Below, in pieces: positions 15,311-26,800 of a DNA stretch of 35,811 bases. A model generated the notes under the pieces. The model made no database searches, had not been told where the DNA came from, and saw only the letters and a program-made list of their open reading frames with translations. This stretch comes from a virus. Its lineage: Duplodnaviria > Caudoviricetes. Made by a program: the position numbers and the translations under genes. The stretch's first letter is position 1, and each line of letters opens with the position of its first letter. The stretch is taken from IMG/VR virus record IMGVR_UViG_3300032087_006369, positions 1 to 35,811 of that record; one strand, written 5' to 3'.

Positions 15311-18300
15311 ATGCCTTTATATATTGAATCAAAAGCTTCTGATACAACTCCCCGTTTATTTAGGAGAAAAATAAACGGGACATACAACCCTTCCAATGAT
15401 GATAAGGAAAAATTACAATCGACATCATTTTTTAGATCATTAGATTTAATATGTGAAGGACCCATAGAAGGTTTCTGTGATGCAACTGGAGCATTAATAA
15501 CAGATGGAAGGATTTTGCAAGGAGTTTATTTAAATAATGTTCCAGTACAGCTTACACTCAGTCCAAGAGCGACACAAAGATTTAATTTTAGAAACATATC
15601 GGTTGCATATAAATTTGGGACAGAAGATCAAGAACCTTTATATGTAGACTCTGAAACTAATGAAAATTTTGCTTGGCTAGAAGATTGTTCTTATTCTTCA
15701 AGCACTTCATCACTAGGAACTGTATTAGATAATCAATTGCAGTTAGAGGCAGGCGCTACCGCAGGAGGAGTGCCTAAAGAATTAAATTCTCAAGCTAATT
15801 ACTCGGTTATAGATGCTGATGTAGATTGGTTGGCAGTAACATTAAATATAGAGCAATGTTATAGTATAAACGAAGACGGTGATCATAGACCCAATCAAGG
15901 GCAGGTCATGATCTTTGGAGATTTTACAGGAGCATATCATAGAAGTCATGGAGATACAAAGATAACCCCAGTTCCAAACGATGGAGGTAATGATTATAGT
16001 ATAGTTATAAACTATGATGGTATGGCAATGTCCCCTTACCAAGAAGAAATTTTCCTGAAATTAAGAGATGTCAAAGATTTAAAAAGAAATAAAAACAGAA
16101 GAGTTTACATCAAGAATGCAACTGAAGAAACTTATAATTTTAAAAGAAAATGGTCTGTTTCGGTGCCTACTGTAACAGAGATAGTTGATAAAAATTTATC
16201 TTATCCGTTTTCGGCATACATAGCTGTGCTATGTAATGCAGAGAGTTTTGCTTCTGTGCCTAATAGGTCATTTCATTTAAAACTAAAAAAAGTAAAAGTA
16301 CCAAGTAATTATGTAGAGAAAATGGAAGGACCTAATGGTCCAACAAATAAAAGAGCATATGATAGCCAATTTGGAGCAAAAGGGTCAACTCATTCTTCCG
16401 AAGAAAGACATGAAGGTTTTTGGGATGGTACATTTAAGGATGAATTGGAGTGGACAGATAATCCAGCATGGATACTCTATGATATATTAACTAATGATAT
16501 ATATGGATTGGGGGAGTATATCAAAAGTTTTAATATTGATAAATGGGAGCTTTATAAAATAGCTAAATTTTGTGACGAGTTAGTAGAAACATCAAAACCT
16601 CACTCTACATCTAGCACTGGATTTAAAAAAGAAAGAAGGTTTTCATGTAATATAGTTCTAAGTAATGCCGCTGACGCATTTAATACTATAAGTGAATTGG
16701 CATCAGTATTTAGAGGTGTAGCTTATTTTAATAATCAATCTGTATTTTTTAGTGTTAATAGGTTAAAGGAATCGATTCATAAGTTCACAAATGATTCTGT
16801 AATAGAAGGAATATTTAGATATACTGGAGCACCAAAGCACTCAAAATTTACAGCCATAAGAGTGGCTTATAAAGATAAGGATAATAATTATTTAACTAAA
16901 TACGAATATATTGAGGATCCAGAGGGTATCATTAAATTTGGTTTAGTTATGAAAGAAACTACCGCAATAGGTTGTACATCTAGAGATCAAGCTTTAAGGC
17001 TTGGAAGATGGATTCTGCTAACATCAAATTTAGAAGAAGGGCAAGTAAGTTTTACTGCAGACTCTCAGGCGGAATATTTAAACCCTGGAGATATTTTCAC
17101 GGTGAGAGATGAGATGAAGAATACTCATAGATTCGCTGGAAGAATAAAAGAAATAAAGTCTGACAGTATTAATATAAATGAAAATTATATTTTATTGGAT
17201 CAGAACCTTGACCTAGAAAATTTTAATATCAAAGATATCAGCTTCTTGATACCAAGCGAAGATGTTGAAGACGAAAATGTAGAACAGTATAAAGCATTTA
17301 TTCATAGAGATGGATATAATTTAGGTAATCAAGATGGGGGTTTTAGAAAAGCAGAAAAACTTTTTATACCCTTAAATTCAGAAGACTCAGAAAATCAAGA
17401 TATACATAGCTATTTAGTTAATACAGAAAATGGAACTAAATTTATAACAAACGAAGAAGAGAGTGCAATACTTAAAAAAACTCACAATGATTCTTTGATA
17501 GGTGGAGGGGCTGGACATAAAACATTAAATGATTATTTATTAGATCCAGAGGTTTTGGCTCAATTAACCAATGGAACAGCCAGATCAAAAATAACACAGA
17601 AAATCAAAGAAGGAACTTTGTATTTTATTTCGGCAGAAGCAAAGGACGGCTCAGATTTGGAAATCATTGAGCAAGATTTTCAATTGATAAGAAGATCAGA
17701 TAATGGAGATGGTACATATGCAATTGTGGGACAAGATTTCAATAGAGATAAATTCGATAAAACTGAAAATTTATCTACAATATATAAAAGTACTACATTT
17801 AGTTACGACACTGATGAAACTGAGCCTGGCGCGGGAGAAGATGATGAAATACCAGAAAGAATACTGCCCCCAGCTCCACAAGTAGAAAACCCAACATTTC
17901 CTAGAGAAAATACTGTAGATTTATTAATTACTACAACTGGCTTTGTAAACACAGAGGGAGAAACAAAGTCTAGGGTAAATTACTATTTTCATAATACTCA
18001 AGAAAATAATTTATATTATCAAGATGATTACAGTAAAAACCACAGATATGAAATAAGATGTGCTGAAATTGACGAAGATAAATATACAACACTTTTTCAA
18101 TCTCAATTTTCAGTAGGAGCAGATCAGGTTAATATATTACAGGAGGGTCAATATGTATTATCTGGAATAGGAAAATGTGGAGAATATAGAGTACTGTACG
18201 ACCATTCGATAGGAGAACCTAAAGTATTAACTCCAAGTGGTAAAGCTTTGGTCGGTGGAACTGTAGATAGACATATTTCTGTACCTAATTATAACGAGAC

Positions 18301-21300
18301 TGATTTTAGTCCGTTTGCAAATATTGTAAGAGCTAGAAATAGAAATGAGTGGGGAGAGATAAAAGTAGAGGGATGTGAACTATTTGACAAAATTTATGAA
18401 GATCAAACAACGGGTTATGTGCTTTCTGGACAGTTTGAGCTACCAAATCCAGACGCATATTATGAATTAAGATGGCTCGAGGCCAACGACAAAGGGACTT
18501 CTCCAGAAAAAATAATGTTTTTCAAAGGATCTAGAGATGATATACCTCCAGGGCCAGTTTCAAATTTTCAAACAAGAATTAACAATTTATTCCCAAATAT
18601 GCTCAATTATTCTTGGCAGCATCAGGGGGCGAGAGATCCCGATTTGGCGGGATTCAGAATTTATACTGGACACATAAATGGAGATAATCCAGATTATGAA
18701 TTTTCTGATTTGGATGAAGAAGGGATACCAAATCCTGGTTCGGAGTTTGCTGAAATTATGGGGAAAAATGCTTCTTATTTTACATACGAAGCAAATACCA
18801 AAGATGGAACAATAAGGGATAATGATGGAAACAGGATAAGCTTTAATGATACTGGAGTATTTCACATTAGAGCTTTTGATATGTCAAATAATTTAAGTAC
18901 TCCAGCAAACAGTAATATTTTAACATTATTTCAATTTGCAGAGGCTCCTGATATATTTTTATCTGGAGAAATAAGAGAAGAAGGAGTAGGAACTGATACT
19001 TACGGGTACTATCCTATTTTACATGTTTTTTATTCTGGTTTATTTCACGAGCAAGATGCATTTAGTAAATATTCTTTGTCTGTTTTGGATGAGACTAATG
19101 GATTTGGTGTTTCAACGGAATATGATATATTTAGGAATGGAATTAAAATTGCAGATAACAACATTTATTCTGCTGGAAATTCTGGACATTATGAAGTAAG
19201 GAATGTACTACCAAACTCAACTTATTTGGGTAGAATTTCAGCCGTAACAACTGATGGCAGACTTTCACCAGAAGGTTCAGATAGAACAACTATAGGAAAA
19301 GATGATTTTGCACCTGGTAAACTAAAAAACTTTAGAGTAGATAAACAATTTTCAAATTTTAGATTTTCATGGGACGAGCCAATAGAAAATGATGTAAAAA
19401 ATGTATTGCTATTCACAGGGTTAGGTAGCGACAATTTTGGTATAGAAAAAGAGGATGAAGATGATATACAAAAATTAGAAGTGAGGCCAAAAGACCCTCC
19501 GTTTGCTTCTGTATTACCTGACGATTCTCCAGCTTTTAGGGTTGACAAATTTAAAAATGTAGGAGATCCTTTTAATGAAATATTTAGATTTCATGGATTG
19601 GCGGTTGATACATCAAATAATACAGGAATGTATGAAGATTTTACATATAAATATGTTGATCTTCAGGGGCCAAACTTACACACAAGCGGGCAGTTAACTG
19701 ATGATGGAAGATCTTTAATACATGTATTTTATTCAGGACAAGGACAGTCTGACGAATCTTTTAGATATTATTTAACTCAATACCAAGACACTCAAGATTT
19801 AGCAATACAATCTTTTCAAGGATTAGATAAAGCAAATTACATAAATGAAACAGACAGGGAGACTGTATCTGAAATACATGGAAAAGGGTCAGGACATTTT
19901 TCTTTTGAGGCAAGAGGGAATCGATTTTATGAAATTAGAGCTAAAATGGTATTTGACGCCTTCGAATCAAGATGGGCGGATGATATTGTATTAAGTGAAT
20001 CAAAAGATGGATATATAAAAGCTGTTCCAGATCAAGTACCACCAGGTAAGCCAAAATGGATATCTGCAAGTAAAAATGGAAATAATATATTTTTATCTTG
20101 GGAGAATCCTCCAGATCATGATTTATTGGCTATAAATCTATATACTGGAACTAAAGACTCCAAACTTGAATCACAAGGTACATTTATACATCAAAGGGCC
20201 TTGCAAACATCACAAGTAATTCCATTGAGAGATTTTGCCGCAAACAAGAATAAACAATTTTACTTTTACTTACAGGCTGTAGATACATCTTTAAATACTG
20301 GGGAATTTAGTGATTTAAGAGAATTAAATGTTGGAATAACAAGACAGCTAGACAGAAAAGAAATTTATATACATAGCGGAATAATGCTTGATGAAGATGG
20401 AGACGGTTCAGCAAAGCCTTTTATATCATATAAAATATTAGACGAACCAGTTAACTTTCAACATGCAATTTATGATATTCAACTTTCTACAAATGATACA
20501 TATAATCCTCTTGTTTCAACACAAACTATAGAGGTGGAGCATATTGCTGACTTAAATTTAAACAGTGGAAGTGGTACATTTTTGAATTTAAATGCAAATA
20601 CAGAATATTACTTAAGAGCACGAATCAGAGAGTTTGATGGAAAGAGTAGTTTATATACAGAAGCATGGGATAATCCAATTTTAACTCCAAAAGATGACAT
20701 ACCACCAAAAAATCCTGAAAATTTCTATATAATATCTGGACCAAAACAGGCAATACTTGAGTGGGATTGGAGTGCGGGAATATCTTCTGATATAGCATCC
20801 GTACTAGTTTATAAAACAGGAATACCAACAGGAAGGGTTGCTACAAATTCTCATAAGGTAAACAATTGCTGGTCTGCTGAGCATATTAGTGGCTATTTTG
20901 AAGACAACCCAGAAAATTATTCATACAAATTAAATGCCTCAACTTCATTTGTGGATAATGATATCGAGACAGGAATTGCATTTCCTAATGCAAACAGCCC
21001 GAAACAGTCTATATATTATCATTATTTATTAAAAACGGTTGATAGGTCAAATAATACTGGAGAACATTTTGTATCAGGTAAATCAAGAGATCCGCATGAG
21101 TATTACTGGGTAAATAAAGCAAAAACAAAAAAAGATAATTTTGTAAATGAAAAATATGGAAAAACCCCACATTACCATGGATATATAACTGGCGGGGCAG
21201 TAAGTGCTGATTATATAACTAATATTTACGCAGGAAGGATATTAACAGATAAATTAACTACAACCGATTTGATACTAAGTCACCCGAGCGGAAGATTATT

Positions 21301-23728
21301 AAGCGATAATGTGTATGCAATGGGATCAAATGATCATAAATATGATTACATGAAGGGTGCGGGTGTATACATTGATCATAAAATGTTCAGAATAGGAGAT
21401 CCAGATCCAGGAGGGTTTGGATTGTTCTGGACTGGAGAAAAATTAGCAAACGGAAATTTTAAAGTTCCTACATTTAACGAAGACCCTGATGGATTTCATG
21501 CGATTGATATAAATCCAAATACATTAGAAATAAGAGGTAACTTAACGGCTGGAACAATACAGATAGGAGCTAGCGAACAAAGTGCTTTAAGCGTTGATGA
21601 TCAAGGCAATTTAACAATAGGTAATCAAAGCAAAGATATTCAGGGCTTCTTCTCTCATCAAGCTGGTGTAAGTGGGATTTTAGGAGAAGTGCCTGGTTAT
21701 ATATCAAGCCCTGATCCAGATGCTGTATATGTACAATTAGATAAAAATGACATCAGTACACAAGAAGCTATAGAACTTCAAGCTCTTGCAAACGGAGGAG
21801 GATTTCTTGAAACAAATTGGATCAGAGGAAGATTTAGAGGATGGGAAGTAAGAGGTATAGAAAAAATAGAAACAGCAGGTAATGATGCAAAAAAATGGAC
21901 CGTAAAACTTGGAGTTCCATTTTCAGCATATGTTGGTTTTAACTTTTTTGATATACAAGGAAATGAATATGGTTTAAGTGGTGTTGTAGCAACTGGATCG
22001 AAAGATGTTTATACGCAAAGCAATGCTCCTAGTGATTCTTTAATAGGATATCCAAAAGTAAGAGATTGGTGGAGAGTACATCAAGCTAAATTTAAAGTCA
22101 CCAATGATGGAGTATTGTTTGCTGCAGATGCTAGAATACTAGGAACAGCTAAGGCTGATTCTTTAGAAGTAAATAAAACAATCGTTTTAGGAGACACTTA
22201 TAATAAGTATACTAGTATTATTCAAAGTTATGGATTCGAAGAAGGAAATGCATGTGACGGAATTAATCCATCTGGATGGAAAATTGTTGGGGATGGACAT
22301 GCTATATTTAAAAGCATTGACATTAGGTCTGGAGTAATAAGCGGTTCTGTAGGTTTAGCTATAGGCCAACAATGCGAAGATACATATGCATTTAGGGCCA
22401 ATCAGTTTGGAGAAATTGCTGTGGGAGATTCTAATGTTCTACATAGAAATAATTTCTATGTATCAAAGGAAGGTAATATAACAGCCAATAATGCTAGATT
22501 AACTGGAGATCTCAGTGTTTCTGGATCTATTGATGTCGGAGATGGAATACTGCTGGGATCAAGGGTTACTAGAGATCAATATGGAAATGTTACAAGCGTA
22601 GTAAGAAACCAAAATGATGGAATTTTAATTACATCAAATGATATAAGATCATTGAGTTATACAGATGACTTCAATGGAGCAGCTGGTTTTAAAATAGATA
22701 ACAAAGGAAGAGGGATATTTCATAATATAGCAGTTACTGGAGGTGCCCTCAGTGGAGTATCATTAATTATTGGAAAAGGAACGCAGACCAGTCCTTATTT
22801 TAAGGCATTTTCAGACGGAGAAATAAGTGTTGGAAGCTATAATGGTGCTGGCACTGCTCCAAGCAAAAATGATCCTTTTTATGTTAGCAAAAAAGGAGAA
22901 TTATGGGCAAACGATGCTCGTATAAAAGGAACTATAAGTGGTAATGCTGGACTAATAGGATCTTTATACATTGGACCAACTTTTGTATCAACATATAACG
23001 AAGGAGCTAATGCATCAATTAGAACAAGCAATAATTTACAAAAAGCTGATAGCACAAAAGCACTCGGTCCTGGAAATTATAGAACAGGATTATTTATTGG
23101 AAGAAATTCTGAATTTTCAATAACGAATGGGCAGGGTAAATTAATTGGATGGAATGGAAGCAATAAATATTTAACTGTAACTGGATTAGCTTCTAGCAGT
23201 AACGAAAATGCAAGCTTCTATACAAAAGAAGGCACGGAATCCACAAAATCAAATTTTGAAAAAGGAGTTGGATTCTATTTACAAGGAGGCGGCGGTGGTA
23301 GTTATATATCAAATTTCACAACTGATACAAGTAGTGCTAAAAATATAGCAAGTAAAGTTATCACACATATATGCGGGGAAATACATGGCCCTATAGTTGG
23401 AACAAATTATACAGTGCTTGCAAAATCTAAAATTGGGTATACCGTAAAAGAAGTTTACTTAGAATGTGATGGAACAAGTAATTCATGCGTTGTTCAAATA
23501 AATAGAAGTCATCATAGTGTAAATCCAGCACAACAAATAGGCGACGGAACTTTTAATGGTAGCTCTGCAGGAATAACTGAATCGGTAACTACAAACAATA
23601 AGATTTTAGTAAATAGCGAAAACAACAGAAAGAATTTTGGATATATTGTTTTAAAGGTTCAATCAACTAACGGGGCAAATATAATTAAATTTAGGATAGA
23701 ATTAATTAGAGATAATAGCTATGCGTAA
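15311..23728 (+). CDS. Central tail fibre / tip attachment protein (lambda gpJ-like), 2805 aa, with Fn3-like repeats
   Basis: LDLICEGPIEG, VYLNNVPV, KVKVPSNY, WDGTFK..WTDNPAWILYD, DKWELYKIAKFCDELV, RFSCN, GCTSRDQALRLGRW are gpJ hallmarks; four Fn3-like repeats and a C-terminal beta-strand repeat region follow. Confidence 0.93.
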   Translation: MPLYIESKASDTTPRLFRRKINGTYNPSNDDKEKLQSTSFFRSLDLICEGPIEGFCDATGALITDGRILQGVYLNNVPVQLTLSPRATQRFNFRNISVAYKFGTEDQEPLYVDSETNENFAWLEDCSYSSSTSSLGTVLDNQLQLEAGATAGGVPKELNSQANYSVIDADVDWLAVTLNIEQCYSINEDGDHRPNQGQVMIFGDFTGAYHRSHGDTKITPVPNDGGNDYSIVINYDGMAMSPYQEEIFLKLRDVKDLKRNKNRRVYIKNATEETYNFKRKWSVSVPTVTEIVDKNLSYPFSAYIAVLCNAESFASVPNRSFHLKLKKVKVPSNYVEKMEGPNGPTNKRAYDSQFGAKGSTHSSEERHEGFWDGTFKDELEWTDNPAWILYDILTNDIYGLGEYIKSFNIDKWELYKIAKFCDELVETSKPHSTSSTGFKKERRFSCNIVLSNAADAFNTISELASVFRGVAYFNNQSVFFSVNRLKESIHKFTNDSVIEGIFRYTGAPKHSKFTAIRVAYKDKDNNYLTKYEYIEDPEGIIKFGLVMKETTAIGCTSRDQALRLGRWILLTSNLEEGQVSFTADSQAEYLNPGDIFTVRDEMKNTHRFAGRIKEIKSDSININENYILLDQNLDLENFNIKDISFLIPSEDVEDENVEQYKAFIHRDGYNLGNQDGGFRKAEKLFIPLNSEDSENQDIHSYLVNTENGTKFITNEEESAILKKTHNDSLIGGGAGHKTLNDYLLDPEVLAQLTNGTARSKITQKIKEGTLYFISAEAKDGSDLEIIEQDFQLIRRSDNGDGTYAIVGQDFNRDKFDKTENLSTIYKSTTFSYDTDETEPGAGEDDEIPERILPPAPQVENPTFPRENTVDLLITTTGFVNTEGETKSRVNYYFHNTQENNLYYQDDYSKNHRYEIRCAEIDEDKYTTLFQSQFSVGADQVNILQEGQYVLSGIGKCGEYRVLYDHSIGEPKVLTPSGKALVGGTVDRHISVPNYNETDFSPFANIVRARNRNEWGEIKVEGCELFDKIYEDQTTGYVLSGQFELPNPDAYYELRWLEANDKGTSPEKIMFFKGSRDDIPPGPVSNFQTRINNLFPNMLNYSWQHQGARDPDLAGFRIYTGHINGDNPDYEFSDLDEEGIPNPGSEFAEIMGKNASYFTYEANTKDGTIRDNDGNRISFNDTGVFHIRAFDMSNNLSTPANSNILTLFQFAEAPDIFLSGEIREEGVGTDTYGYYPILHVFYSGLFHEQDAFSKYSLSVLDETNGFGVSTEYDIFRNGIKIADNNIYSAGNSGHYEVRNVLPNSTYLGRISAVTTDGRLSPEGSDRTTIGKDDFAPGKLKNFRVDKQFSNFRFSWDEPIENDVKNVLLFTGLGSDNFGIEKEDEDDIQKLEVRPKDPPFASVLPDDSPAFRVDKFKNVGDPFNEIFRFHGLAVDTSNNTGMYEDFTYKYVDLQGPNLHTSGQLTDDGRSLIHVFYSGQGQSDESFRYYLTQYQDTQDLAIQSFQGLDKANYINETDRETVSEIHGKGSGHFSFEARGNRFYEIRAKMVFDAFESRWADDIVLSESKDGYIKAVPDQVPPGKPKWISASKNGNNIFLSWENPPDHDLLAINLYTGTKDSKLESQGTFIHQRALQTSQVIPLRDFAANKNKQFYFYLQAVDTSLNTGEFSDLRELNVGITRQLDRKEIYIHSGIMLDEDGDGSAKPFISYKILDEPVNFQHAIYDIQLSTNDTYNPLVSTQTIEVEHIADLNLNSGSGTFLNLNANTEYYLRARIREFDGKSSLYTEAWDNPILTPKDDIPPKNPENFYIISGPKQAILEWDWSAGISSDIASVLVYKTGIPTGRVATNSHKVNNCWSAEHISGYFEDNPENYSYKLNASTSFVDNDIETGIAFPNANSPKQSIYYHYLLKTVDRSNNTGEHFVSGKSRDPHEYYWVNKAKTKKDNFVNEKYGKTPHYHGYITGGAVSADYITNIYAGRILTDKLTTTDLILSHPSGRLLSDNVYAMGSNDHKYDYMKGAGVYIDHKMFRIGDPDPGGFGLFWTGEKLANGNFKVPTFNEDPDGFHAIDINPNTLEIRGNLTAGTIQIGASEQSALSVDDQGNLTIGNQSKDIQGFFSHQAGVSGILGEVPGYISSPDPDAVYVQLDKNDISTQEAIELQALANGGGFLETNWIRGRFRGWEVRGIEKIETAGNDAKKWTVKLGVPFSAYVGFNFFDIQGNEYGLSGVVATGSKDVYTQSNAPSDSLIGYPKVRDWWRVHQAKFKVTNDGVLFAADARILGTAKADSLEVNKTIVLGDTYNKYTSIIQSYGFEEGNACDGINPSGWKIVGDGHAIFKSIDIRSGVISGSVGLAIGQQCEDTYAFRANQFGEIAVGDSNVLHRNNFYVSKEGNITANNARLTGDLSVSGSIDVGDGILLGSRVTRDQYGNVTSVVRNQNDGILITSNDIRSLSYTDDFNGAAGFKIDNKGRGIFHNIAVTGGALSGVSLIIGKGTQTSPYFKAFSDGEISVGSYNGAGTAPSKNDPFYVSKKGELWANDARIKGTISGNAGLIGSLYIGPTFVSTYNEGANASIRTSNNLQKADSTKALGPGNYRTGLFIGRNSEFSITNGQGKLIGWNGSNKYLTVTGLASSSNENASFYTKEGTESTKSNFEKGVGFYLQGGGGGSYISNFTTDTSSAKNIASKVITHICGEIHGPIVGTNYTVLAKSKIGYTVKEVYLECDGTSNSCVVQINRSHHSVNPAQQIGDGTFNGSSAGITESVTTNNKILVNSENNRKNFGYIVLKVQSTNGANIIKFRIELIRDNSYA
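18536..21065 (+). repeat. Four tandem Fn3-like modules in gpJ
   Basis: Modules start DDIPPGPV (18536), DDFAPGKL (19301), PDQVPPGKP (20027), DDIPPKNP (20693); each later has a W, then [YF]TG or YKTG, then [AT][FV]DxSxN; spacing 255, 242 and 222 aa. Confidence 0.8.
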
Positions 23729-23740
23729 TAATATATTATT

Positions 23741-23896
23741 ATGAACATTAAAGAATTAGACGATCTTAATATAAAAGCTATACTATATGATTTAATTTCA
23801 GAGAAAGAATTAATACAAGAGAATATAAACAGACTAAAAGAAGAATTGATTAGAAGAGAAGCGGATAGAGAAGAAAAGAAAAAAGGGGAGCAGTAA
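23741..23896 (+). CDS. Small coiled-coil protein, 51 aa (not in ORF track)
   Basis: MNIKELDDLNIKAILYDLISEKELIQENINRLKEELIRREADREEKKKGEQ*; fills the gap after gpJ, and its TAA abuts the next ATG (TAAATG). Confidence 0.75.
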   Translation: MNIKELDDLNIKAILYDLISEKELIQENINRLKEELIRREADREEKKKGEQ

Positions 23897-26800
23897 ATGC
23901 CTTTTGATGACATATATTGCAAGATTTATGGCAATTCAGATTTTAAACAATCTGGAGAATATCAGGTGTCTTCTTATGTGTTTGCTAGATTTGGAAAGAC
24001 AAAGACCGCCGATAGTCATTCCGACTTTACTTTCCTAGGAGACAGAAGATGGGCGATAGCTCCAAGGTACTGGGTATCAGCAATGGATATGCAGTATCCA
24101 TTTTTTATATATGATGTAGACCATCCAAAATTTACAGACGGAGAACCTGTTGCCCCCATGAGAACCACATCTGTGGTTTATGGGTGGCCTGGCGTTAAAG
24201 GAACATATAGGGATGGAACTTATGGGTCTCAGGAAACAGTAGATTCCATGAAAATTGGAAATGTTTCAACAATGGTGCAAAATGCTTATAAATCAAAATA
24301 CTCTGGAATAACAAATAATGAAATACTGTTTGAATGCCAGAACAGAGAAAGCTGTCATCATTTTACAAATATGCCCTATATCAAAAATGTTGATCATCCT
24401 TTTGTCGGAGTGCATAAGGAACAGCCTTTGGAAATAACTGCAGATGGAAATTATTATAGAGGATTTTATATAGTTTTAGAAAGAGAGAGATTTCATTATG
24501 ATGAAGCAAGAATAGCTTTATGGCCAGACAATCAATTTAATGATCCAACAGGTTTATATCCACCCTGCAAAAGCATGTCTGTGGCAGGCGATTTCTTTCC
24601 TGATGGACAAACCACTTTTTATAAAACGAAACTTTTTGAATTTAATGTGGGTGGAACCTTTGCATTGAGATATATGGTTGGAATAGCAGACAGGGCTATA
24701 TGCAATCATTCAACTGGAATAGGGTGTGGCGAAACACCAACTGGAGAAAAAGTTGACTTACAAACATTTGCATGCAATGCAAGCAGACACGGATACAAAG
24801 AAACAAACCCAGATAGTGATGACTTTGGTGCATTATGTTATTTTAAAAGAAATTCACTAAAGGAACATATAAGGCTTTGTGCTGTAGATAGTAGTTTCAC
24901 TGGCACAAATAGAGAGAAAGCTTTGGCTGATGGATTTTCTACAAAAATACCTTTAAACGGGTTGAATTCTGATGACGTAAGGCAAAGATTATATGCCTCT
25001 TTCGATTGGGGAACCGATTATGTCTCTAATTGGGCAACCATTTGGGCTAATGCAACGAAATATCATTTTACAGATCTATTAAAATCATGGACATGGACAA
25101 AAACAGCAAAAGGAACAAGTTACAGCCCTAAAAGTCTAGCAGGTATAACTCAAGCTATGGAAGATGAAATGTTTTGGATTTATTATAGAACATTTGGGGG
25201 ACATGATTTTTGGTACAATGTTGTAGATAGCGCACCTTTTTATTGGGATTTTGCTTTTTGCAATGGACTGGGAATAAATAAAGGTCCTGGACCTGGTCCC
25301 ATAAGATATGAATATGCACGTGGCCATAAAAATTTTCCAGGATTTGCAGAGATCGATGTAAAAGATGCGGTGATACATCCAGATTATAGCGTAAGAAAAC
25401 AGATAGAAACTGGAAATGTCTGGATAAAAAATATCACAATAAAGAAAGGTAATACTGTATTAGAGGCAAAGAATGATGTCAGGGGGCAATATCAAGAGAT
25501 AGCAAATAGTGAAATATGGAATGGAAAAGGATCTACAAATATAACAGCGACAAGTAGCGGAACTGGAAATAGAACAATAACATTTTCAAATTTGTACAAA
25601 AGTAAATCTAATATAATTTCTAGATATATAGCAACAGATTTTAAAATAAAATTTGGATCAGAAACTACAGAATATTCGATAACTAGTGTTTCTAGTTCAA
25701 ATAATACAATCACACTATCAACAGCAAGACCAACAGCTATTACTAATTCAAGTTTTACGCTTTTAATACCAAGGGGGGCAAGGACATCTGGCTATACTTG
25801 GGGACAATATAAATTAACAACATTTGATCAAGACAGTTTTACAAATACAAATAGCGATTGGTTGAGTGTACAGTACAGAGCTCCAGGATTTGGAAACAAT
25901 TCGCATAGGGATTTATTTCCAAACGTTGAAATAGCAAATTATAGTGCTTGGCCTACTGCAAGTGGAGATGTGCAGAATAAAAATTTTTACAGTCTAAGTA
26001 ATAACTACAGAACATTTGCTCCTGCAAACTTTGGACAAACTGGAAAACCAGTAAGGCACCCTTATTTTGCCAATGAGCTGGGAGAAGCTTTATATCTAGA
26101 TAATGATTTTCATCATATAGCTGTTTGGGAGAGAGCATACTTAAGAGGTAGTATGCCTAGACATGGATTTCCTTCTTGCAGGATCCCAGACAAGAAAAAT
26201 GTAACATGGAATGGAGAAAAATGGGTTGAATATTGGGAGCGTATTTTTTCTCCAAGATCTAGTTCACCATGGACAGAGTCCAGTGTTCAAGCTACTCTAG
26301 ATAAAGCTGGATACACAAATCTAGCATGGACTACTTCTACTGGAGATGGAAACTACAATGAACAGGCTCTTGATGGAACTCCTATAAATGTTTATACACC
26401 AAGGTTTTATATGGACGGAATAGACAAGGCTTCTGGTGCAATTTGGCCAAATTACAGAAATATATTAGCTGACATAGAAGATCCCGATGGAGTATTTCCA
26501 TTTGATTACGATTTTCCAGATCGAACAGATTGGACTTCAAAATACACAACTGCATTTAATAAAGTTTATGGACCTATTAACATTCCCTCTATAGGTAGAA
26601 TATTAGATGGCCCTTGGTGTTCTTTTTGTTCATTTAAAACTGACACTAATATAGAAATTTGGGGCACTGCAGAAGGTCAATTTTTTGAAACTAATGATCC
26701 AACAAAACCATTTTTGTATGTATGGGGATCTGGTGTTTATGAGCCAACATCTGCTCATGCACAGTGGGCATTACAAAGTATTTCCAGTATAACAGGAACT

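Noticed and set aside
23719-23922. 62-70 aa class minus-strand ORF (67 aa) spanning the gpJ/orphan gap
   Set aside because: It is the antisense shadow of the better-fitting 51-aa plus-strand ORF at 23741-23896.
40-26138. Short ORFs from the track lying antisense or out of frame within tail genes (e.g. 40-315, 742-933, 2529-2753, 9882-10166, 19222-19548, 25136-25378)
   Set aside because: They are fully nested in long, well-supported genes and show no recognisable motifs; they are expected shadow ORFs.
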